In this document: positions 53,170-64,000 of the stretch, one piece after another
Position numbering within the stretch: the stretch's first letter is position 1
Layout of the letters: every line of letters starts with the position of its first letter
NCBI RefSeq assembly: GCF_009914755.1
Contig: NC_060934.1
Length of the DNA stretch: 64,000 bases
Direction: 5' to 3' (one strand)
Origin: the human T2T-CHM13v2.0 reference genome, Homo sapiens
Position numbers and translations under genes: made by a program
Notes under the pieces: generated by a model
The model's input: the letters and a program-made list of their open reading frames with translations, nothing else
Databases searched by the model: none
Told to the model about the DNA's origin: nothing

Positions 53170-54600
53170 TGAGCTTGGTGAAACAGAAACTAGATCAACC
53201 TACAGATAAAAGAAGCTCTGAAAATCCAAGCAAAATAAATATGAAGAATCACCACACCTAGGTACATCCTAGTAAAACTGCTAAAAACCAAATACATACG
53301 ATTGTAAAAGAAACCTGAATAAAAATGACACACTATGCTTATAGGAGTTGCAATAAGACTTACAGCAAAATATTCAACAGAAACAATAGGAGTTAGAAAA
53401 TAATGAAGTGGCATCTTTAAATTTCTGAAAGAAAATAATTACTAATCAGAAATTCTATATTGAACAAAATATCCTTCAAATATTTACGTTCAGAAAACCA
53501 AATCTGAAGTAATTCATCTTTAGCAGAATCACTCTAAAACAAATACCAAAGAGAGTTGTTCAGGGAGACAGAAAATACCCCAGAGGGAAACATGAAAATA
53601 TAGAAAACTGTAAAAATCAATTGAAATAATAAATTTGTTCATAAACAAATGAATATGGCCTCTACATAATGTCTTGTGTGGTTTAAAATAGAAGTAAAAT
53701 ATAAAATTAAAATGCATGAAAACAATAATTCAAAAAACCAAGGAGATAATTATGTTGTCTAATAAAGTATTAAAATATATGAAGCAAAATTTATAAAACC
53801 ACAGAGAGTTACAGAAAAATGCAAATAAAGTTATAAATTTCAACACTATTCTCTCAATAGTTAATATGAAGGGTAGAGAGAAAGCCAGTAAGGACATAGA
53901 AGGTTTGAGCAACATCATCAAACAACTTGACTCAATTGACATTTATAGAACACTCCACCTTAAAACAGCAGAATACATATTCTTTTCAGGTATATACAGC
54001 ACATGGCACATCTACCAAGATAGATCATTGGAAAGTCTGAACAAATTTTAGAAGATTCAAATCAAGTATTATTATATTATTATTATAACTCATGGGTCAA
54101 AAAATAAACCAAAAAGAGACTCAGGAAATATTTTGACCTGAATGAAAATGAAAATACAAAACATCAGTATCTGTGAGATGCAGCTAAAGTAGTGCATTGA
54201 GGAAAATTTATAACACTAAATACCCATGATTAGAAAAGAAGAATGGTCTCAAAGCATTAATCTCATATTCACCTAAATAAGTGAGAAAAAGGAGAGCAAG
54301 TTAAATCCAAAGAAATAAAAATTCAAGAATAATAAAAATCAGAGCAGAAATCAGTCAAATAGAAAACAGAAAAATAATAGAAAAAAGTCAGTGAAACCAA
54401 ATGCTACTCCATTGCACAGATCAACAAAGTTGATAAACCTCTAGGCAAACTAATGAAAAGAGAAGACATAAAATAAAAATGTCAGCTTTGGGTGAGGTGT
54501 CATCACTATAAATAATAAGGGGCCATTAGGGAATGTTGTGAAATAAAGTCAATAAATTACAGTTTATATGAAATTGATACATTTTTTGAAGGACATAATC
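53170..54600 (+). mobile_element. Old L1 ORF1 end / ORF2 endonuclease fragment
   Basis: ORF 53866-54051 (QLDSIDIYRTLH..AEYIFFS) is L1 EN-like; ORF1-like ccacacctagg.acatc.tagt.aaactgct. Confidence 0.75.
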
Positions 54601-54609
54601 AAAAACTAC

Positions 54610-54930
54610 AATTCTTTGTAATTAGGTTCTTTTTTTCTTCCTCTGGTAGCAGTTTCTGTATGAGAAATGTGGGCTGTTTTCTTAAAAGCCGTTGCTGATC
54701 TAGGAAGCGGGGAGATGGGACCAGGATAAGGTAAAACACCACAAGCTATCTGTTCTTAAGAAGATTCACCAGTTTCTCTTCATTGAGTGTTTCCCTGGTT
54801 GCTGCAAACTTTTAGTTAGTTTCCAGAGTTCCAACAAAAGTTGTTTCTAACATTTTTTGTCAGTTTTTTTCCCCAGTGTTTTTATGGAGGAATATACTTT
54901 TGAGTCATTACTTCACTATCTCCGTTGATG
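54610..54930 (-). mobile_element. L1M-type 5' end fragment
   Basis: ctgttctta...agattca.cagttt..tttccagagtt...aaaagttg.ttct.aca pattern of L1M4/L1MB 5' ends. Confidence 0.5.
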
Positions 54931-54939
54931 AAAATTTAA

Positions 54940-57030
54940 TTTATAACAAATCTAGCACCACCACTGATCAAAAACAAGACAAGGATGCCCATCTTTACCT
55001 CCTTTTCTCAGTATCACACTAGAGATCTCCATCACCAAGATAAGACAAGAAAAATAAATAAAAATACAAGGATTGAATAACAAGAAAGAAAACTTTTATT
55101 TTTCACTAGGGCCTCCAAGAGAATATACAGTCATTTTATATTTATTATAAATTGAGTTCAGCAAAGATTTTGCATATATGACCAATTTACAAAATCACTT
55201 GCATTTCTGTCTACAGGAACAAATCACTAAGAAAAATAAATAATGTATTCTAGAATAATAGGAATTAAATTAGGTAACTTCATCACTATAATTCACAGAA
55301 ATCAATTTGTGATTAAAGACATAATGTGTAAACTTAAAAATTGATAAAGACATGTAAAGGAGAACATTTTTATGTCCTTGAGTTAGAAAGGGACTTATAA
55401 ATCAAGATTTTTTCAAAACTGCAAAGAGAAATATTGATAAATCTATGCAGCAGATTATATTTTCCAAAGATGGCCACAACAATATTCTTTATTCCACATA
55501 CTCTTTTTGTAATGCAATCTCATCACTCCTCCCATTAAGAGATCAAGGCTATGTTCTCTCTTTTGGCAAATGGGTTGGCTTCTGTGACTTCTGACTAAAG
55601 AAACAGCAGAACGAACATTTTAAAATTTTAAGGCTGGGTGAAAGATAATACAGCTTCCACCTTACTTGTGAAATACTCACACTACAGCTTTTACTTGCCA
55701 GGTAATCAGCACACCTCAGCACTGTCATGCTGTGAGGAAACTCAAGCAAGCCACTGCAGAGACATAGTAGAGAAAAATTCTGAGACTAAGTAAAAAGAGA
55801 GAAATATCCAGCCAGCTTCCCACTGTTCCGGTCCCAGCTACCATCCCACTGCAACCACATAAAAGACCCTGTACCAGAAACACTCAGCAGAGCCCTTCCC
55901 TAATTCCTAACCCACAGAAACCATGGGAGATAAAGTAACTGTTACTGTTTTAAGCCACGGAGTTATAGGGTGCTCCTTACACAGCCCTAGAAACCAGAAC
56001 AACTTGGTTCTGTGAAAATTGAAAAACTTCCATTTCTCAAAAATACCACAAAGAATAGAAACATATCCCACAGATTACATGATGATACTTGCAGCCAGAC
56101 CATATGCAGTTCATGCAAACAACTTCTCCAATCAACAGAAAGGCAAATAAACAAATAGAAAATAGGCAAATGATATGAGCAGCTAATTCAGGTGACCAAT
56201 ACCACAGGAATGACAGATACCACATTAAAAGTTGCCTAATTTCACAGGAAACAGGAAAATATAAATGAACATATAAATAAAATACAGCATATAGGGAAAT
56301 GTAAACGAAAATAAAAATGATACCATTTTACCTCATCATATCACAAAATTTTAAAGTGCAAGAATAACAAACATTGGCAGAATGTGGAGACTGGGGAACT
56401 TTCCTGTTCTGCTGGTGGGTGGGTAAATTGCTGTGATCAGTTTAGAGCATTAAAGTTGCAGACACATATTCTATGACTCAAAAATTTAACTCCTACATAT
56501 AAATCCTAGAGAATTTCACCCACCTGTACTGCAGGAAATATGTATGACACTATTCATAGCAATATTTTTTTGCAACAACTAGAAAAAAAACCCCAATAAT
56601 CTTAATGTTCAACACAAGATAATCAGTAATAAATCAGAGCATATGCATAAAAATAATTGATATATAACAAAGAAAATGAATAAACAATAACTGTGTATCA
56701 ACACTGGTGAATCTCACAAATATGTTGAACAAAAGATATGAGCTATAGAATATACATAAAGCTCTTTATATAAAATTTAAAACCATCCAAAGCTGTACAA
56801 TACATTGCTCTGTGATACATATACATATGTATAAAGTATAAATAAATATATGAAAGAAGCACCAAATTCAGGATAATGGTTACCTCTGGGTAGAAGAGAG
56901 GCAAGGTGATCAGGAACAAATACAGAAGAGAAATCTGGGTTGCCGATTATTTATTTTTTTAAACTGAGAAGTAGGTATGTGAATATTTGCCACATTTTTC
57001 TTTAGACTTTTGTATGTCTTAAAAATTAAA
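54940..57030 (+). mobile_element. L1ME-like ORF2 and 3'UTR fragments, interrupted by an MLT1 LTR
   Basis: aacaagacaaggatgccca (RT), ctgctggtggg.g.gtaaattg, caaattcaggataatggttacctctggg (L1ME 3' end). Confidence 0.65.
55446..56002 (+). mobile_element. MLT1F/G/H-like solo LTR
   Basis: aaagatggccacaa, ctcctcccatt.agag, acccacagaaacc.tg, tgttttaagccac. Confidence 0.7.
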
Positions 57031-57516
57031 TAAGTTTGAGAGCTTGAATGACATAAGCAACACTTGACACAGAGGAAGAAAGGTTAGCACTAAAAATGAC
57101 ACTCCAGGAACAGAAGCGCACATACCTAGGGGCTTATAGGCATTCACAGAGACGCAGACATAGAAGGCTACCAAGACACTCACAGGTGGAGGGGAGACTG
57201 AAAGTCAAGAGATGAAGTGAAGGAAATGGCTGCTTGCTTGGATTCTTACTATGGATTCCCTCCTAGGCGGACGTCTTCTGGCAACACTTGTAACAAAGCC
57301 AGTTCTCTGAGTCTTTGGAGAGTAAACTCATGCCAAATTTCAGCCCCTTCCTGGCTCCCATAATCACTAAGTGAAAGTCTCACCCAGAAGATTCCAGAAA
57401 AATGAACAACTTTTTCTGTGATTCCTATATAGATAATTCAAAAAAGCCACAAACCACAGAAATACTTTTTATATAATCTCTCACTTTTCTCTCATGAAAA
57501 ACGGAAAAAAATGCCC

Positions 57517-58127
57517 TGATATCTGGAAAATGGCCTGACACTTGCAACTAGGCCTCAGTGATGTTTGAAGCTGGCCTGTAACTCACAGCTAAACCATTGT
57601 ATTCTCCTGTTGTACATAATCTCACGGAATGCCAATATCAGATATGCTCACTCTGAGTCCATGATAAACTGAAGCAAAATTTCATAGCTTTGTCTAAGCA
57701 CAGATAAGCACAAAGTTACCAGGCATCCCACAATATACTAAATATTACCCCTCCTGGCTAATACAAGCGACTGATGCTTCTTTACTAAATACAGCTTTAT
57801 CCTTGTTTAAGTCTGACAGATAAGATTAAGATGTTCAATCATAGAATTGTTCTGCTTTTTTATAAGATTGAGATACCCAATGTTTCTACTTTTTGACAGC
57901 ACCCAACATAGAGCAAACTTCTACTTCCTTAGCTTTTCCTACAATCACCCAACCAAAGCCCAAATCTCATATCAGTTTTTTTCTAACAGTCTCTTACTGA
58001 GAAACAACCCATGGTTTCTTATGATGTATGCTCTCCCTCTCTATGAATAAAGCATAAGTGAGTAAGAAACCCCACTTACTAAACGACAAGTATGTTCTTG
58101 GTGGTGTTTGGCTGGAGGATATTGACA
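57517..58127 (+). mobile_element. ERV1 MER4-group solo LTR (MER67/MER31-like)
   Basis: TG...CA ends, ~610 bp, terminal ggtggt.tttggctgga.g..attgaca; AATAAA in 3' part. Confidence 0.5.
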
Positions 58128-58825
58128 CTCGCTATGCCTATCTACAAAGGAAGCCAATTACAGCAGACCTGTTAGTGGAATTGCACTTCTCAAGTCCTTC
58201 AAATAGTTGTATGGCTACCACTTTGTGATATGGAAAAGTTTATATGAACCTGAAATATAGAATGCTGGCCCACATTATAACTGTAAGTAAAAATTTCCAA
58301 TTTCACTAAATTTTCTTCTCTTTGATCATGACCGTAAATATATTACTATTTCATTTGCTTTTATTTTTCATCTGAGCAGAATACAAAAACAAGTTTTGGG
58401 TGAGATGGGGAGAATGATGTAACCTGTACAACAAACTCACTCAGCTGGGAAGTAGCATGCAAACTGGCATTCAGACCCAACACTGTCTAAACCATCCACA
58501 CTTCATCACTATGACATTTTAAGGTAATTGTGATGCAGAAGAAGAGAGAAAGGACAGTCCAGATAGAAAACAGTATGTGTAAAACCACAGAGAAGAGACA
58601 TTATCTTTAGGTTTACAGCATGGCAAGTGTTGGAGTACAGCCTAAAAGTAAGATTGGTGGAGGCAGATATTGAGAGTAACAGTATATGCAAGAATAGTAT
58701 AGGAAGGTTTGGCTGGGTCACATGTGTTAGGTGATAATGAATTCAAACCATATTTTGTAACCAACAGAGATTTTAAGCTATGGGTAGAGGCAAGAGTATA
58801 TGATAATCAAAACTATGTTTTCATT

Positions 58826-61800
58826 CTATTTTTTAAATTGACACATGATAATTGTAAATATTCACAGAGTACATAGTGATATTTTGGTACATATAATGTG
58901 TAATGGTCAAACCAGAGTAATTAGCATATTCATCACCTCAAACATTTATCATTTCTGTGTGTTAAGAACATTCAAAATACTCTTTTCTGCCTTTTGAAAG
59001 TATATAATAAATTATTAACTATAGTCATCCTATAGTGCTGTAGAAAACTAGAGCTCATTCCTCTTCTCCTATCTGGCTGTAATTTTGTATCCTTCAACCA
59101 ATCTCTTTCTATACCCTCTCTCCACTACTTTCCCTGCCTCTTGCAACCACTATTCAATTCACTACTTCTATTTGATCAACTTTGTTTTTACTTCCACATA
59201 CGAGTGAAAATATGTGGTGTTTGTCTGTTCTGTCTTGTTTAAATTAAAATAATGTTCTCCAGGCTCATCAATGTTGCCACAAATGACAGGGTTTCATTTT
59301 TATAGCTGAATAGTATTCCATTATGTATATATACCACTTTTTATTTATCCATTCATTTGCTGATGGACACTTTGATTGGTTTCATATTTTGGCTATTGTG
59401 AATGGTGCTGCTACAGACATAGGGGTGCAGATGTCTCAACAATATACTGATTTCCTTTCCTTTGGATATATATCCAGCAGTAGGACTGCTGTATCATATG
59501 GTTCTACTTGTAGTTTTTTGAGGAACTTCCATACTCTTTTCCATAATAACTATATTAATTTACATTCCAACCAACAGTGTATAGGAATTTCCTTGTCTCT
59601 GCATCCTTACCAGCATTTATTAATTTTTGTCTTTTTGAAAATAGCCATTTTGAGTAGAGATAATAATTCATTGTGGTTTTGATTTGCATTTCCCTGATAA
59701 TTGTAATCTTGAGCATTTTGTCATATATTTCTTGGCCATTTCTATGTCTTCTTTTGAGATATGTCTACACAGATCGTTTGCCCATTTTTTAATCAGATTT
59801 TTTGTTTTATTTTGCTATTGACTTGAGTTCTCTGAATGTTCTGGATATTAATCCCTTTTCAGGTAATTTTCAAATAATTTCTCCCATTGCATAGATTGTC
59901 TTTTCACTCTTTTAATTGTTTCCTTTGCTGTGCAGAAGCTTTTTAGTTTGAAATAATTCCATTTGTCTATTTTTGCTTGTTTTCCCTTTACTATTGAAGT
60001 CTTAGCCATAAAATCCTTTCCCAGACCAGTGTTCTGAAGCTTTTTTCCTATGTTTTTTGTAGTAGTTTTATTATTTTGGATCTTACAGATAAGTGTTTAA
60101 TCTATTTTCAGTTAATTTTTTTATAAGATGAGAGATAGGGGCCTAGTTTCAATCTTCTGAATATACAGTTTTTCCCAGCACCACTTACTGAAGAGACTGT
60201 CCTTTACCAAATAAATATTCTTGGAAACTTTGTCAAAAATCACTTGGTTATAAATATGTGCATTTATTTCTAAGCTCTCTATTCTGTTCCAATGGCATAT
60301 GTGTCTATTTTTCTGCCAATACCACACTGTTCCAGTAACGATAGCTTTGCAGTATTTTGTGAAGTCAGGTAGTGTGATGCCTCCGGCTTTGTTTTTTGCT
60401 GAGGATTTCTGTGGCTATTTGGCTTTTTTGTGGTTCTATACACATTTTAGGATTGTTTTTTCTATTTCTGTGAGGAATATCATTGGTATTTTGACAAGGA
60501 TTGCATTAACTCTGTAGATCTCTTCCACTAATATGGTCATTTAAAAAATATAACTTCTTTCAGTTCTTGAACAGGGGATATCTATCTGTTTGTCCTTTTT
60601 AATTTCTTTCATCAGTGTTTTACACTTTTTCTTGTAGAGATTTGTCATCTCCTTGGTTAAAGTTATCTGTACATATTTTATTTTTCATACCTATTGTAAA
60701 TAAAATTGCTTTCCTGATTTTTTCCAGTTACTTCATTGTTGGTGTATAGAATTGCTGCTAATGTATGTGTTTTGATTTTGTATCCTACAACTTTATTGCA
60801 TTTTTTAAATCAGTTTTAGGACTTTTTTGGTGGATTCTTTAGTTTTTTATGTATAAGATCATGTCATCTACACATACGGACAATTTAACCTTCTCCATTT
60901 CAATTTGGATGCACTTTATTTCTTTTCTTGCCTAACTGCTCTGGGCTAGATCTTTCAGTTCTACATCAAACAGAAGTGTTGAGAGCAGGCATCCTTGTTG
61001 TGTTTCAGATCATGAAGGAAAAGTTTCCAGCTTTGCCCCAGTCCATAAAATGTTAGCTGTGGGTTTTTTATATATGGCCTTCACTGTATTAAGGTATATT
61101 CCTGCTATACCTAATTTGACAAGAATTTTTAACACAAAGTGTAGTTGAATTTTATCAGATGCTTTTTCTGCATCTACGAGAGGATTATATGGGTTTTGTC
61201 CTTCATTCTGATGATGTGATGTATCATGTTTATTGATTTATGTATGTTAAACCATCCTTGCAACTCCAGGATAAATTACACTTGACTATAATGTATAATA
61301 TTTTTGATGTGCTGTTGGATTCAATTTGCTAGAATTTTGTTGAGGATATTTTAATCTATGTTCATTGGATATTGGGCTGAAGTTTTCTTTTTTGTTGTGT
61401 ATTATCTGGTTTTGGTATCAGGATTATGCAGGCCCTGTAAAATGAGTTTAGAATAAATCTTTTTCTCTCAATATTTTGGAATATTTTGAGAATTAGGTCT
61501 TCCTTAAAAGATTGACAGAATTCAACAGTAAAGCCATCTAGTCCTGGAATTTTCTTTGTTCAGAGACTTTTTATTACTGATTCAAGCTTGTTACTCATTA
61601 CTGATTATGGTTTTCTATTTTTATTTGGCTCAATTATGGTAGGCTATGTATTCAGGGACGTATCCATTTTAGTTAGGCCTTCAAATTTGTTGGAAAATAG
61701 TTGTTCATAGTAGTCTCTAATGATCCTTTGTATTTCTGCGGTACCAATTATGATGTCTCTTTTTCCTTCTCATTTTATTTATTTGAGTCTTCTCTCTTTT

Positions 61801-63385
61801 TTCATTAATAGTCTAGCTAATGATTTGTCAATTTTGTTTATCTTTTCAAAAAACCAACTTTTTTGTTTCATTAATCTTTTATATTGTCTTTTAGACTAAT
61901 TTTATTTCTGTTCTGATCTTTCTTATTTCTTTTCTTCTACTAATATTGAGTCTGATGTGTTCCTTTGTAGTTCCTTAAGCTAAATTGTTAGATTATTTGA
62001 AATCTTTTTACTTTTTTGATGTAGGCATTTATTGCCATAAACTTGTGTCTTGATACTGTTTTTGATGTATTCCGTAGGTTTTGATATGTTGTGCTTCTAT
62101 TTTCATTTCCTTCAAGACTTTTAAATTTTCATTTTAAATTTTTCATTGACCCATTGATAATTCGGGAGCACGTTGTTTAATATCCATGTATGGTTTTAAC
62201 TCTTCTTGTTGATTTCTGGTTTTATTCCATTGTGGTCAGAAAAGATACTTGATATAATTTCAATTTTTAAAAAATTCTGAAACTTATTTTGTATCCTACC
62301 ATATGGTCAATCTTGGAGAATGTTCCATGTGATGATGAAAAGAATGTGCATTCTGCAGCTGTTGAGTGAGATGTTCCTTAAATGTCTGTTAGGTCCATTT
62401 GGTCTATGGGGCAGTTTTGAGCCAATTTTTTTTTATTTTATTTTCTGTCTAGATGAGCTGTCCAATGGTAAGAGTGGGGTGATGCCCTCACTTATTATTG
62501 TGTTGGAGGTTGTCTCTCCCTTTATATCTTACAACATTTGTCTTACATGCCTGAGTGTTCTGGCATTGGGTACATATATGAATCTAGTTCTAATATCCTC
62601 TTGCTGATTTGACCCATTTATTACTATATAATGTCGTTCTTTGTTTCTTTTTGGAGTTTTTTTTAAACTTAAAGTCTATTTTAGCTAAGTATAGCTACTC
62701 CTACCTGTTTGTGGTATCTATTTGCACGGAATAGCTTTGTCCTTCCCTTCACTTTCAGTCTATGAAAACTGTTTCTTTACAAATAAAGTGAGTTTCTTGT
62801 AAGCACCATATAGTTGGGTCTTGTTTGTGTTGCTGTTTTTTTGCTTTTTAATCCATTCCATCAGTCTGTGCTTTTTACAGAAAATTTAATTGATTTACAT
62901 TAATATTTACTATTGGTAGGTGAGGACTTACTCCTGCCATTTTATTAATGTTTTAGCTGTTTTGTGTATTCTTTGTTCCTTTCTTCCTCTCTTGTTTATC
63001 ACTGTGGTTTAGTGGTCTTCTGTAGTAATAACATTTTATTCATATTTCTTTCTCCTTTGTGTAACTGTTGTACCAATGAATTTTATATGTTTGTGTGTTT
63101 CATGTTAGTAGTTACCACCTTTTCTCTTTCAGATGTAGTACTTCCTTAACCATTTCTTTTAAGGTTCATCTAGTGACTGATGAACCCCTTATTTTTTGCT
63201 AATCTGAGAAAGACTTTATTTCTGCTTAATTTCTCAAGGACAGTTTTGTGAGTAAAAAGCTGGCATTCTTTTTTTCTTTCAGCATTTGAATGTGACGTCC
63301 TATTCTCTCAGGAACTGTTACATTTGTTCTGAGAAATCACTTTTAGTCTAGAGGGACTATCTTATATGTGAGTTGACACTTTTCT
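58826..63385 (-). mobile_element. L1MA4/5-like element (3'UTR, ORF2, end of ORF1)
   Basis: catcacctcaaacatttatcatttc 3'UTR; ORF2 fragment [14 protein letters not shown]; EN region ~62300-62900. Confidence 0.85.
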
Positions 63386-64000
63386 CTTTTTTTCAACTTT
63401 CATTTTAGATTCAAGTGGTGCATGTGCAGGTTTGTCACAAGGGTATATTGTAACTTGCTGAGGTTTAGGGTATGATTGAACCTGTAACACAGGTACTGAA
63501 TACAGTACCCAAGAGGTAGTTTTTCAACCTTTTCCGCTTTCCTTCCCAGTCTTGTAGTCCCCAGTATCTATTGTTTCTTTCTTTGCGTCCCTGTTTGCCC
63601 AGTGTTTAGCTCCCACTTATAAGTGAGAACATACAAATATTCAGTTTTCTATTTCTGCATTAATTTGCTTAGGATAATGGCCTCCAGCTGCATCCATGTT
63701 GCTGCAAAGGAATTGATTTTATTCATTTTTATAGCTGTGTAGTATTCCATTGTATATATGTATCATATTTTTTTCCAATACACCTTAATGGGCATCCAGG
63801 TTGATTATATGTTTTTGCTATGTGAATAATGCTGTGACAAAAATATGAGTGCATGTCTTTTTGGTGGAACAATTTATTTTCCTTTGGATATGTACCCAGG
63901 AATGGGACTGCTGGGTCAAATGGTAGTTCTGTTTTTAGTTCTTTGAGAAATCTCCATACTGCTTTCCACAGTGGCTGAATTAATTTACATTCCCATCCAC
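63386..64000 (-). mobile_element. L1PA15/16-like 3' end, continues past the window
   Basis: tttagattca.g.ggt.catgtgcaggtttg, gctgaggttt.gggtatga, gctcccacttataagtgagaaca. Confidence 0.85.

Overview
AT-rich, repeat-dense primate (simian, human-like) genomic DNA with no CpG island and no protein-coding gene that I can recognise. Most of the window is transposable-element derived. It holds an old plus-strand L1 (~0.9-8.7 kb) with nested MER47, MLT1, MER107 and MST insertions, and a TSD-flanked full-length minus-strand L1MA (10.56-22.94 kb) carrying a nested chimeric L1PA-type insert and two Alus. It also holds several MaLR/ERV solo LTRs, a near-complete but mutationally dead HERV-L provirus with MLT2A1-type LTRs (41.2-47.65 kb), and further L1 fragments to the end. 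All six-frame ORFs I can assign come from TEs or simple repeats. I see no convincing novel biological system. The best leads are: (i) candidate minus-strand non-coding exons that could be spliced from a THE1B LTR, (ii) a HERV-L 3' LTR whose motifs look promoter-like rather than terminator-like, (iii) an L1 insert whose 5' tip appears to come from a different L1 family, and (iv) a deletion junction patched with a locally templated ~60-bp copy. Repeat subfamily names come from my recollection of consensus sequences and need RepeatMasker/Dfam confirmation; boundaries without a stated TSD are approximate.
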